Of a DNA stretch of 64,000 bases, positions 45,036 to 54,510 are shown one piece after another (position 1 is the stretch's first letter; every line of letters starts with the position of its first letter). The stretch comes from Trueperaceae bacterium (lineage in GTDB: Bacteria > Deinococcota > Deinococci > Deinococcales > Trueperaceae). Under the pieces are notes generated by a model. That model saw only the letters and a list, made by a program, of their open reading frames with translations. It was not told the DNA's origin and made no database searches. The stretch spans positions 896,001 through 960,000 of the forward strand of contig CBDCDZ010000004.1 of assembly GCA_965215565.1 (NCBI GenBank), given 5' to 3'. A program made the position numbers and the translations under genes.

Positions 45036-45178
45036 GCACAGCCCCTCTCTAGTAGGAAAGTGGTTTTTTTAGGTAGCTCAGGTAGCCCAACCCTCTCGGC
45101 GCGCATAGTGTGGGCACGAGCAGGTGGCGTACCTGGTAAATAGTTAAATGCATAGCGCAAGGACAAAGACATAGCACC

Positions 45179-45210
45179 AGTCTACGGATGGGCTGTTACA
45201 AGATTCTTAC
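45179..45210 (-). promoter_or_regulatory. Shared locus box plus -10, upstream of the GGDEF-EAL gene
   Basis: Minus strand GTAAGAATCTTGTAAC-N10-TAGACT. Confidence 0.55.
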
Positions 45211-45386
45211 TTCTCGCGCCCAGAGCGTCACAAAAGGAACTTTTACGGTTTTTACGCTGGCTTTGCGTCACTCCTGTCGCTAAAAATACCGCTAGGAGCG
45301 CTCTGCACTTAGGCACGTCGTCGTTGCATCACACCGGGTAGTCCTTGCGCGCTCGCCCTCAAAAAGCCTCACCCTCAAAAAGCGCT

Positions 45387-45422
45387 GTAAGAATTTCGTG
45401 AGACCCTCTTCTCTATAGTCAA
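45387..45422 (+). promoter_or_regulatory. Shared locus box plus -10, upstream of the S8 gene
   Basis: GTAAGAATTTCGTGAGACCCTCTTCTCTATAGTCAA, 29/36 identical to 50729-50764. Confidence 0.65.
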
Positions 45423-45725
45423 TTCCCGAGGAAAGACACCTCACACTTGTCCAATCTCGAGTGCGCCACATAGGGCACAGAAAGGAGCTTTAGACCGCCG
45501 TAAGACGTGTTGACCTGTCCAAATCCTTTGCGGGCGTCAGGGAGGACGGCGAGCGAGTGACGCGACCGACTTACAAACGGCGTATACCTTAGAGCAGTTT
45601 TAACCGGTCATAAGCTTGAACCGCGCAAAACTTTGATGACGTGCATGTCAAGTAGACCAACCCGTACGGGCGTTCACGACCGGACGACACCTGCTACACA
45701 CCACACGCCGTAGAAAGAAGACATC

Positions 45726-47090
45726 TTGAATCACATAGAGAAGATTACAGAGAGGGTCAAACGAGCGCTGCAAATCGCGCCCGTAGGCTTAGCCTTAGTC
45801 GCCCTCACCGCCTGCGGCGGCCTCGCCCCTGGAGCTGACACCGAGCTGGGTAGCCAGACTGCAGTGCGCTACGACTACTCGCTGAGCGTCGAAGTCACGC
45901 CGCAAGACAGCCAAGCGGACACCGAAAAGCGCTACGGCGGCACGGCTGTCGTGTGGCGTCCTGAGGCGGGCTTCGCTGTTATCGGTATTCAGAGCGGCGA
46001 GCTGACCACACTGAGCGCCGACGCCGAAACTAATCAAGACGCCTTTAGCATCCCGAGTGCGAATGTTGACGCGCAAGGCTATAGCGCTTGGTCTGGCGGC
46101 TATAGTGCTTGGTCCGGCGGTTATAGCGCCTGGAGCGGTGGCTACAGCGCCTGGTCTGGCGGCTCGAGCGAGCCCACCACCTTTGGGGAGAACCTCGACG
46201 CTTGGAAGCAAATTAAACTCGACAAAGGTCAAGCGTTAGCCCCCAAGTTAGGTAAAGGCGTTAAGGTCGCGGTGATCGACACCGGTATTGATGTCAACCA
46301 CCCCGCTCTGCAAGGCAAATTAGCGCCTGCGAACGAGTGGAAAGACTTTATCGACGGCGACGCTTACCCCTTCGATGAGTATGACCACACCCCTGGCGCG
46401 AGCAACGCGGGCTACGGCCACGGTACAGGCGTTGCGGGCGTTGTTCTGCAAGTTGCACCCGAAGCGACGATTTTACCCATCCGCGTCCTCAAACCTGACG
46501 GCTCCGGTGACATCACAAACGTTGCCGCTGCAGTGGACTGGGCGGTTCAGCAAGGTGCTGATGTAATTAACCTCTCACTCGGCGCGTACGTAGACTCGGC
46601 AACTATCTACTACACGATGGTTTATGGCGCTCAGTACGACGTTTACTTCACGGCTTCATCGGGCAATTCGGGCGACGATAGAGTGACGTATCCCGCGATA
46701 ATGGCTTCAGATAACGTCGCTGGCAACCTCGGCATCCTCGGGCGCAACCTGATTAGCGTGGCTAGTGTGGACGGTCAAGGCAAGAAGTCAGTTTTCTCCA
46801 CCTACGGACCTACAGTTGAACTTGCCGCGCCAGGTGAACAGGTCTACACCTTGATACCTGACGGCGGCGTCGCGCACTTCACGGGCACCTCTTTCGCCGC
46901 GCCGATGGCTGCAGGTACACTCGCCCTCGCGTTAGGTGAACTGGGCGACAACTACGGCGGCAACCTCTCGGTGATGGCTCACCAAGAAGGTGATTTGCTC
47001 ATTGGCGACAGCGTTTATCAGGGGTTGCTCGGCAACGGTCAGCTCAACGTCGAAAAGTTCATGAAGCGTGCGCTCCAGGCGGCGCGGTAG
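45726..47090 (+). CDS. Lipoprotein S8 (subtilisin-family) serine protease with a (GYSAWSG)x4 repeat
   Basis: Lipobox LTAC; catalytic triad VAVIDTG / HGT / GTSFAAP; oxyanion SGN. Confidence 0.92.
   Translation: MNHIEKITERVKRALQIAPVGLALVALTACGGLAPGADTELGSQTAVRYDYSLSVEVTPQDSQADTEKRYGGTAVVWRPEAGFAVIGIQSGELTTLSADAETNQDAFSIPSANVDAQGYSAWSGGYSAWSGGYSAWSGGYSAWSGGSSEPTTFGENLDAWKQIKLDKGQALAPKLGKGVKVAVIDTGIDVNHPALQGKLAPANEWKDFIDGDAYPFDEYDHTPGASNAGYGHGTGVAGVVLQVAPEATILPIRVLKPDGSGDITNVAAAVDWAVQQGADVINLSLGAYVDSATIYYTMVYGAQYDVYFTASSGNSGDDRVTYPAIMASDNVAGNLGILGRNLISVASVDGQGKKSVFSTYGPTVELAAPGEQVYTLIPDGGVAHFTGTSFAAPMAAGTLALALGELGDNYGGNLSVMAHQEGDLLIGDSVYQGLLGNGQLNVEKFMKRALQAAR
46077..46163 (+). repeat. In-frame 21-bp tandem repeat encoding GYSAWSG four times
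   Basis: Four units differing only by synonymous changes. Confidence 0.92.
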
Positions 47091-47099
47091 GTGATGGTA

Positions 47100-47486
47100 A
47101 TGGCAACAGTAGCGACAAAAACAGAAGAGAAAGCGACGCTTACCGCCGCTCTCGTGATGGAGTCCAAAGGCTTCGCCCCCGCCGTTCGCAGCGCAGCCTT
47201 TAGCGGCGCGTGGTCCAAGCTCTACCAAGCTGACGACTACTACCTCGACATGACGCTGACCCCCTCGGGCAAGACCGCTCGCTTACAAGGGCAGCTTTTA
47301 GCCGCCGACGGCGGACAGCTTCCGGGCGGCACCGTCGCGCTCTATAGGGGTGAAGAAGTCATCCAAAGCGTTCCCGTCGGCGCAGCCGGCGATTTCTACA
47401 TCGACATTTCGGCGGCGCACCAGTACCGCTTGAGCGTCGAGCTAGACGACACCGTCCTCTCCGTCTCGGGTCTCGACATCGACTGA
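47100..47486 (+). CDS. Small beta-rich hypothetical protein, operonic with the S8 gene
   Basis: Starts 9 nt after the S8 stop; L.GQ...V.L...G.F pattern of a carboxypeptidase-regulatory-like sandwich; hairpin at 47504-47529. Confidence 0.75.
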   Translation: MATVATKTEEKATLTAALVMESKGFAPAVRSAAFSGAWSKLYQADDYYLDMTLTPSGKTARLQGQLLAADGGQLPGGTVALYRGEEVIQSVPVGAAGDFYIDISAAHQYRLSVELDDTVLSVSGLDID

Positions 47487-47783
47487 GGTTTAAGAACTAC
47501 GTTAGAGACAGGGTTTAAGCCCTGTCTCTTCTCCTCTTGGAATCATGAGGATGACGCGCACACTTCTTTCGCAGCTTTTGTACTGACATTCCGCTTGACA
47601 CAAATATTTTATAGAACTTACCTCACGAGTTTGGTGAATAGTCTCTTAACAGCACTTTACGCGATTTCACGTGTACGGCTCACTATGGAGCTTAAACTTC
47701 AATTACAATGACTCACGCTTACGAAAGTCTACGCTGTCCGGTTTACTCACCGCACGTGGCATAAAGATTGTGAACTCTTGAAG

Positions 47784-50732
47784 ATGAACGCAACCTCACC
47801 TCACCCTACTTCTGCACTCGTTCGCCAACTGCTCGAGGAGCCCTCGGCAGAGCGGCGGGCAGCGCTTTGCTTGGAGCATCAAGTGGGGCTAGAATTGGTT
47901 GAGGCGCTCAAAGCTGAGGTAGACAAGCATAAAAATTCGGACGGTGCGCAGGCGCTTTTGGCGGGCGAGAGGTCGCTCGAGGTGAGTGAACTCATCGCTG
48001 ATCCTTTAGCTAAGCCGCTCGGACTCTGGGCGATGGCGTTGGGGCTCACGGCTCAGCGTAAGTTTAGAGAAGCACTGCCGTACTTTGAAACGGCGCGCGC
48101 TCGGTATAAGCATTTGGACCGAGACGTCGACGCAGCGAGAACATCTGTGCGTCAGGTACAAGCGCTCGCAATGATGGGTGACTACCCCGAAGCGTTAGAG
48201 GTTGCTGAGTCGACGCGCGACATATTTGTTGTTGCCGGATTGACTCATGAGGCTGCGCAGGTAGAAAATAACATCGGCGTTATTTATTCACGCTTAGGCC
48301 GAGTCGCCGAGTCCAAAGAGGCTATTCAAAGCGCCCTCGGAGGATTCTCGGATGTTGGTGACAAGGTAGGCGTTGCTCAGGCGCACCTGAATCTTGGATC
48401 GAACTACCAAGAGCAAGACCTCTTCGATGAAGCTTTAGAACATTTACAAGCTGCGTTAGGCATCTTTCAGGAACTCGAGCTTACCGAAGCCGTCGCTGGC
48501 ACCCTTGTCAACCTCGCCATGCTCCACCGCCGCGAAGGTCAAGCCAATCAAGCCCTCCGGCTTCTCAGCCAGGCCAGAGAGGTCTACCGCCAGCTAGAAT
48601 CGAGCCCCGACGCCGCTCTAGCACAGTTAGAAGAAGCGCGGGTCAGCCTCGACTTGCAGCTCTTGGACGAAGCCGAGACGCTCGCGAGCGAACTCATCGG
48701 CACCTTTGCGGCGCGGCAGATGCAGTTAGAGCACGTCGAAGCGCTCGTGGTGCTCGGTACGGTGCGCGTAAGAGCTGGGCGTAACAGCGAAGCGTTGGAG
48801 GCGCTGAGCGCGGCGCGGGATACTTGGCTCGAGCTTGGCAACCCGACGCAAGCGGCGCTCGTCGAGCTGTATATCGCCAACTTGCATCTCAACATCTCGG
48901 AAGCGTTGCAAGAAAAGGCGGAAGCAAACGCCACGTACCGCAAAGCGGCGGAACTTGCAGAGCGCGCCGTTAGAACGCTGCGAGAAGCGGGAGTGCGTTC
49001 AGGCGTCGCCTTTGGTTTGGCGACGTTAGCCGAGGCGCAACTCGCGTTAGGACAAAACGGCAAGGCTGAAGACAATTTGCGAAGGGCCGAAGCGTTAGCG
49101 CAAGACCTCGCCGTGCCCGACCTCATCATCCGCGCGAAGCGGCTCTTGGGCAAAAGCACCGCCCGGCAAGGCGAGCTAGCCGACGCGGAGCGCTACTTTG
49201 ACGGCGCGATTGAGGCGCTCGAGGGCGTGCGCGCCTCCTTGCAAATCGACGAGTTCAAAGCGGCGTACGTCGGCGATAAGCTGAGCGTATATGGTGACAT
49301 GGTTGCACTACTACTGCAGCAAGGACGCACCCGCGAAGCCCTCGAGTACGCGGAGCGGGCGAAGTCGCGGGCACTTTTAGACATGCTTTCTAAGGGGGTG
49401 GAGTCGAGAGCGCCCACCAGCGATCCTATAATAGAGCGGCTCAGCAAGCGTCTCAAAGAGGTGCGGAGCGAACTCAACTGGCATTACTTGAAAGCGGAAG
49501 AGGAGGGCGCGAACGGCTCGCACTGGCAGAAAGTCACCGAGGGCGAGCGAGAGGTCACCTCGCTCATCCGCGAGTTAGAGCGGCTCAAACCCGAAGCGGC
49601 GGCACTCGAGCGCGTCGCGAAGCCTGACTTAGACAAGGTGTTTGAAAGTTTAGGCGAGAATACGGTGCTGCTCGAGTACTTCGGCACTCAGGAGAGCCTC
49701 TCTGCTTTTGTCCTATACAAGGGAGAGGTCCGCGCGGTCACCGACATCGCGTCGCCCGAAGCGGTGCGGCACCACTTAGAGCGCTTGGGGTTCTTCTTCA
49801 AGCGCGTCGCGCAGAGTCGCGGCGGCAACCTCCCCAGCAACTTGCCGCCCAGCGTCTACGCCAACCTCTACGGCCCTGAAATGTTGACGCAGAACGTGAA
49901 CACGCACCTAAAGGCGCTCTACGACCTGCTCATCGCACCGCTAGGGCTCGAGTTTGGAAGTCCCGAATGCCCCGAACAAACGCTTGTCATCGTGCCGCAC
50001 GGTCCCGTTCACGCGGTTCCTTTCGCGGCGCTCTATGACGGGGAGCGGTATCTGCTCGAGCGTTCAGCGCTCGCCTCTGCGCCTAGCGCCTCGGTGTACG
50101 CGCTCTGCAAAGGGCAAGCGCAGCGCCCGCCCGGTCAGATGATGGCGTTCGGCGTGCCCGCTGAAGATATTCCCGCCGTTGAGCAAGAGGTCAAAGACGT
50201 CACCAAGCTCTTCCGCGCCGCGGAAGCGTTTATCGGCGCGGAGGCGTCGCTCGGCACCTTCTACGAACGTGCCCCTCACGCCGACGTGCTCCACATCGCC
50301 ACGCACGGCGTCCATAGACCCGACAACCCGATGTTTTCTGGGCTGCGACTTTTTGACGGCTGGTTAGCGGCGCGCGACCTCTACGGCGTCCAGCTTAGCG
50401 CTTCGCTCGTCGTGCTGCCTGCTTGCGAGAGCGTCTTGGCGAGTAACACCGAAAGTGACGAGCTTTTTGGCATCGCCAGGGGTTTTCTCTACGCGGGTGC
50501 GCCCTCGCTTGTCGGCAGCTTATGGCCCGTTCAAGACGCGCAAACCGCGCAGCTCATGGTGGCGTTTTATAGCGCGTTGCGCCAGGGCTTGGGTACGGCG
50601 GCAGCGTTACGCCGCGCGCAACTCTCCCTACGCGGCGAGCACCCTAACCCCTACCACTGGGCAGCGTTCACTGTCATCGGCGACCCGGAACGCAAGGTCG
50701 AAAGTGGCTGGGTGAGAGAGGTCAGCGGGTAA
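47784..50732 (+). CDS. TPR-CHAT (caspase-like) protease
   Basis: Long TPR array, ERAKSRALLD linker, IVPHG, catalytic LHIATHG and LVVLPACES, GSLWPV, PYHWAAF. Confidence 0.93.
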   Translation: MNATSPHPTSALVRQLLEEPSAERRAALCLEHQVGLELVEALKAEVDKHKNSDGAQALLAGERSLEVSELIADPLAKPLGLWAMALGLTAQRKFREALPYFETARARYKHLDRDVDAARTSVRQVQALAMMGDYPEALEVAESTRDIFVVAGLTHEAAQVENNIGVIYSRLGRVAESKEAIQSALGGFSDVGDKVGVAQAHLNLGSNYQEQDLFDEALEHLQAALGIFQELELTEAVAGTLVNLAMLHRREGQANQALRLLSQAREVYRQLESSPDAALAQLEEARVSLDLQLLDEAETLASELIGTFAARQMQLEHVEALVVLGTVRVRAGRNSEALEALSAARDTWLELGNPTQAALVELYIANLHLNISEALQEKAEANATYRKAAELAERAVRTLREAGVRSGVAFGLATLAEAQLALGQNGKAEDNLRRAEALAQDLAVPDLIIRAKRLLGKSTARQGELADAERYFDGAIEALEGVRASLQIDEFKAAYVGDKLSVYGDMVALLLQQGRTREALEYAERAKSRALLDMLSKGVESRAPTSDPIIERLSKRLKEVRSELNWHYLKAEEEGANGSHWQKVTEGEREVTSLIRELERLKPEAAALERVAKPDLDKVFESLGENTVLLEYFGTQESLSAFVLYKGEVRAVTDIASPEAVRHHLERLGFFFKRVAQSRGGNLPSNLPPSVYANLYGPEMLTQNVNTHLKALYDLLIAPLGLEFGSPECPEQTLVIVPHGPVHAVPFAALYDGERYLLERSALASAPSASVYALCKGQAQRPPGQMMAFGVPAEDIPAVEQEVKDVTKLFRAAEAFIGAEASLGTFYERAPHADVLHIATHGVHRPDNPMFSGLRLFDGWLAARDLYGVQLSASLVVLPACESVLASNTESDELFGIARGFLYAGAPSLVGSLWPVQDAQTAQLMVAFYSALRQGLGTAAALRRAQLSLRGEHPNPYHWAAFTVIGDPERKVESGWVREVSG

Positions 50733-50764
50733 GAATTTTGTCAGGCTGTCTTCCCTATAGTGAA
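50729..50764 (+). promoter_or_regulatory. Shared locus box plus -10, upstream of the HD-GYP gene
   Basis: GTAAGAATTTTGTCAGGCTGTCTTCCCTATAGTGAA. Confidence 0.65.
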
Positions 50765-50830
50765 CGTTATGCTGACTCACGACCCCTCCCCTACTCGCCG
50801 CCACAAACGTTACCGTAAGGGAGTTCAGCG

Positions 50831-52237
50831 TTGACCTCAAAACGTGCCACCGTCCTCATCGTCGACGACCAAGCCTCCATGCGCGAGCTGATCAGACGGC
50901 TGCTAAGACCGCTCGACTTAAACCTCGCGGTGGCGGAAAACGGTTTAGACGCTCTCGGCCGAGCCGCTGAGCTGAGCCCCGACCTTATTTTATTAGACGT
51001 CAATATGGCAGGCTTGAGCGGGTTCGACGTGTGTCGCCGCTTACGCGCTAACCCGGCTTTTGAAGAGACGCCTATCGTCATCGTCACGTCCGAAGACGAC
51101 GAGCGCTCACGCGACAAAGGTTTCGAGGCGGGCGCGGACGACTTTATCAGCAAACCCTTTCACCCTAAGCTGTTGCGGCGGCGCGTCGGGGCGCTGACAC
51201 GCTTGAATCATTCGCGCCGTCTCCACGCCGAACGCTCGCGCTTCGGCGAACTTATCGACCTCTCACCGGACGGCATCATTATTGTAGACAGCAACCAGCA
51301 GATTCGTCTTATCAACCCAGCGATGTTCCGCCTGTTAGGTATTGACGACGAGTATAGGAGCCAAGAGGGGTTAGGCCGCTTTGTGCTGCCCGCCGAGCTG
51401 AACCACTGCCGCGCGAAACTCTTAGAGCTTTTCAAGTTCCCCACTGGGCAGGTGCGCTTTGAAACCACGCTTCTCAAGCCGAGCGGCGCACACGTCCACG
51501 TCGAAGTGCACGGCGCACATTCGAACTGGAACGGCGCTCCCGCTGCCCAACTCATCATCCGCGATGTCACCCAGCGCAAGCTCACTGAGGCGCACCTGCG
51601 CCGCTCGAACACCGAGCTGCGCCTCGCTTACGACACCACCATCGAGGGCTGGGCACGGGCTCTGGAGCTGCGCGATAAAGAGACCGAAGGGCACACGCGC
51701 CGCGTCACCGATATGACGGTGCGTTTAGCCAGGCTCGTAGGCGTAGACGACGAATCGCTCGTGCATATCCGGCGCGGCGCACTCCTGCACGACATCGGCA
51801 AGATGGGCGTGCCTGACCACATCCTGCTCAAGCCAGGCAAGCTCAGCGCCCTCGAGTGGGAGGCGATGCGCGAACACCCGAGCCACGCGCTCACCATGCT
51901 CTCGCCCATCACCTTTTTGCGCCCTGCTTTAGAAATTCCCTACTGCCATCACGAAAAGTGGGACGGTTCGGGCTACCCGTGTGGGCTTAGCGGTGAGGCA
52001 ATTCCTCTCGCCGCCCGCATCTTCAGCCTGGTGGACGTGTGGGACGCGCTCTCCTACGACCGCCCCTACCGCCGCGCTTGGCCTCAAGAGGCTGTGCTCA
52101 CCTATCTACGCGAACGCGCGAGTACCGAATTCGATCCAAAAATTACCGAGATTTTCTTGCGGATGCTCACGAAAAGCCCTGCCCTCGCGCCCGCGAAGCA
52201 AGAGCAGTTGGAGAAACTCGAGCCCGCCCTCGGCTGA
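50831..52237 (+). CDS. REC-PAS-HD-GYP cyclic-dinucleotide phosphodiesterase
   Basis: Receiver (VDD, LDV.M, KPF), PAS, HDIGK, HHEKWDGSGYP. Confidence 0.93.
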   Translation: MTSKRATVLIVDDQASMRELIRRLLRPLDLNLAVAENGLDALGRAAELSPDLILLDVNMAGLSGFDVCRRLRANPAFEETPIVIVTSEDDERSRDKGFEAGADDFISKPFHPKLLRRRVGALTRLNHSRRLHAERSRFGELIDLSPDGIIIVDSNQQIRLINPAMFRLLGIDDEYRSQEGLGRFVLPAELNHCRAKLLELFKFPTGQVRFETTLLKPSGAHVHVEVHGAHSNWNGAPAAQLIIRDVTQRKLTEAHLRRSNTELRLAYDTTIEGWARALELRDKETEGHTRRVTDMTVRLARLVGVDDESLVHIRRGALLHDIGKMGVPDHILLKPGKLSALEWEAMREHPSHALTMLSPITFLRPALEIPYCHHEKWDGSGYPCGLSGEAIPLAARIFSLVDVWDALSYDRPYRRAWPQEAVLTYLRERASTEFDPKITEIFLRMLTKSPALAPAKQEQLEKLEPALG

Positions 52238-52281
52238 GCACCACAACCAGGTTTGAAGGGCGCAGGTCTCACCGCATAGCG

Positions 52282-52392
52282 TAGCAGTTCCAAAATATAC
52301 TGAGGCGGATGACCACAGGTATCATCTCCGAAAGTGCGTGCCAAACGGTAACTCTTAGAGTGAGAGCGTCTCTGACCAGATGATACCTGCTA
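52282..52392 (+). mobile_element. Family A element, minimal copy followed by a related fragment
   Basis: TAGCAGTTCC...ACCAGATGATACCTGCTA. Confidence 0.85.
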
Positions 52393-52500
52393 GCGGTAGC
52401 GGAATTTCATCTCTGAATGTGAAAGCTCCGGTAGTGTTGTGTTGACTAGCGGTGTTTGTGACTAGATGCAGTCGCGTGGGCGCTCCCGCTAGACCTGCTA

Positions 52501-53352
52501 TTAGTGCCACCACACCTCAAAGTCTGGATAATACGCGCTCACGATCGCCTGAAAGAGAAAGTAGTCCACGATGAGGTGGACGATCAAAACCCATAAGAGC
52601 GACTTGGAGCGCTCGTACATCGCCCCTTGCGTGAAGGCGAAGATATAAACGAGAAGAGGTCCGACGCCCCGAAACGCCATTGTCCAGAGCACCGTCGTGT
52701 AGATGACGCTCTGCGCCAAATTCGCCGTGAGATACGGGAAGAGCGAGCGGATAATCGCGTAGGAGACGTTGACAAAGAAGAGTTCGTCCCAAATTCCTAC
52801 TGCGTTGATGCCGAGAAAAAGCCGCAAGAGAGGCTCAGTCTGTGGTTCGGGTGGCAGCATCCAGTTGAAGGGGACTTGAGGGCTCCACACGAAGAAGTAG
52901 AGCTGAAAGACGCCCCAGGCGAGCGGAATAGCTAGGAGCGTATAGAAGACTTCCACCCAGTCGAACTCGTCAGGAAAGAGCTTAAAGGTAATCACGCGCG
53001 GTTTGCGTCGCCAGAGGATGAGCGTAGGTAAAACAATCGCGAGGAGAAAAGCGGTGCCTAAAATAAGCACATGCTCGTTGCTCGTGTCTGTATTGATAGG
53101 CGCAACGCCGAGCACAGCGACGGACGCGGCGAGCGCGAGGTAGCGTAGGGCGCGGTCTGGTGGTTCGCGCAGGAGCGACACAGCGAACCCTGCGGCGAAG
53201 AGCCCGCCGACGCTGTAAGCACCGAAACCGTACGAGCCGAATGCGGTCCACGCGACCGAAGTGACGAGCAAACAAAGGAGTGGAACGAGAGACTGAGGTG
53301 TTTTTAGAACGTCTTCTAAGGTACTTCTGAATGAGGCGGGTAGAGCTGCCAT
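52501..53352 (-). CDS. CPBP (CAAX/Abi-like) intramembrane protease family protein
   Basis: Multi-TM; WDELFF and SKSL....IVH motifs. Confidence 0.7.
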   Translation of the reverse strand: MAALPASFRSTLEDVLKTPQSLVPLLCLLVTSVAWTAFGSYGFGAYSVGGLFAAGFAVSLLREPPDRALRYLALAASVAVLGVAPINTDTSNEHVLILGTAFLLAIVLPTLILWRRKPRVITFKLFPDEFDWVEVFYTLLAIPLAWGVFQLYFFVWSPQVPFNWMLPPEPQTEPLLRLFLGINAVGIWDELFFVNVSYAIIRSLFPYLTANLAQSVIYTTVLWTMAFRGVGPLLVYIFAFTQGAMYERSKSLLWVLIVHLIVDYFLFQAIVSAYYPDFEVWWH

Positions 53353-53381
53353 ACTTCTAAACTATCAGACGCAGGGCGTCC

Positions 53382-54248
53382 CTAACGCCGCTTGCCGCCC
53401 AACCCTTGTGTGATGCGGTCTAGGACAATCGCCATGATGACAATCGCCAAGCCTGCCTCGAACCCGAGGCTGATGTCGAGCGTGTTCACCCCGCGCAAGA
53501 CCTCCGAGCCCAGCCCGCTCGCGCCAACTAAAGCGGCAATCACCACCATCGAAAGCCCCAACATAATCGACTGGTTGAGCCCCGCCAAGATGCTCGGCGT
53601 CGCGGTGGGAAGCTGCACCTTGAAGAGCATCTGCCGCTTCGTCGAGCCGAACGCTTCGGACGCTTCGATGAGGTCATGAGGGACTTGTTGGATGCCTAAG
53701 CTCGTCAGACGAATCAGCGGTGGCAGGGCGAAAATCACGGTGGAGACGATGCCCGGCACGACGCCAATACCGAAAAAGACGATGGAGGGAATTAAGTAAA
53801 CAAAAGCGGGCATCGTCTGCATAAAGTCCAAAATTGGCTTAGTGAGGCGCTCGACTATCTTGTTTGTGCCCGCCAGGACGCCTAGCGGCAACCCTATCAG
53901 CACAACGAAGACCTCAGCTGCAACGACGAGCGCGAGCGTACTGACAAACGACTCCCACAAATTGATGTTGACAATCAGTAAAAGTCCTAACACGCTAAAA
54001 AGCGAGGTGCGCCAGCCGCTCAACCAAAAAGCGAGCGCGGCGAACACCACGATAAGAACGCCGAAGTGAAGCCACTCGAGCCCCCCCACTAGTCCCTCGA
54101 CCAGCCAAAGCACCACCGCACTAAAGCCGTCAAACACGCCCGGAAAGTTCGAGGAGAGTGACTCCACGCCCGACTCGACCCAGTCGCCTACGGGCACGCC
54201 GCGCTCCCACCAGCTTTCCCACCAAATTTGGTCAGATTGAGTAGACAT
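53382..54248 (-). CDS. proW: Glycine betaine/proline ABC permease (ProW-like)
   Basis: LDFMQTMPAFVYLIP, EASEAFG, AGLNQ, GFEAGL. Confidence 0.9.
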   Translation of the reverse strand: MSTQSDQIWWESWWERGVPVGDWVESGVESLSSNFPGVFDGFSAVVLWLVEGLVGGLEWLHFGVLIVVFAALAFWLSGWRTSLFSVLGLLLIVNINLWESFVSTLALVVAAEVFVVLIGLPLGVLAGTNKIVERLTKPILDFMQTMPAFVYLIPSIVFFGIGVVPGIVSTVIFALPPLIRLTSLGIQQVPHDLIEASEAFGSTKRQMLFKVQLPTATPSILAGLNQSIMLGLSMVVIAALVGASGLGSEVLRGVNTLDISLGFEAGLAIVIMAIVLDRITQGLGGKRR

Positions 54249-54510
54249 AGGTTAGGGCCTCCTTGAGTCCGCACTTGGAAGGGTGCCGCTACGACCCGCT
54301 GTAACACCTCGCAACACCTCTTGCGTAACGCTGACCTGCTACGTGTTACTCTAACGTATCACGGTGCCACGCCCGAACAGCTAAACAGTGAAGAGGTGTC
54401 TCGAGACTGCGCCGCGTGCACCTTTATGCACGCTTAGCCCATGCGATAAAACGAGCACCGTGAGGCTCGAGCCTTCAATCCTTAGATTGACCTTGATAAA
54501 GGAGAACCCG

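Noticed and set aside
45036..45725. c-di-GMP riboswitch in the long leader between the GGDEF-EAL and S8 genes
   Set aside because: I could not find the GEMM core (GGCAAAC...GAAA...GCAAAG); an Infernal scan would settle it.
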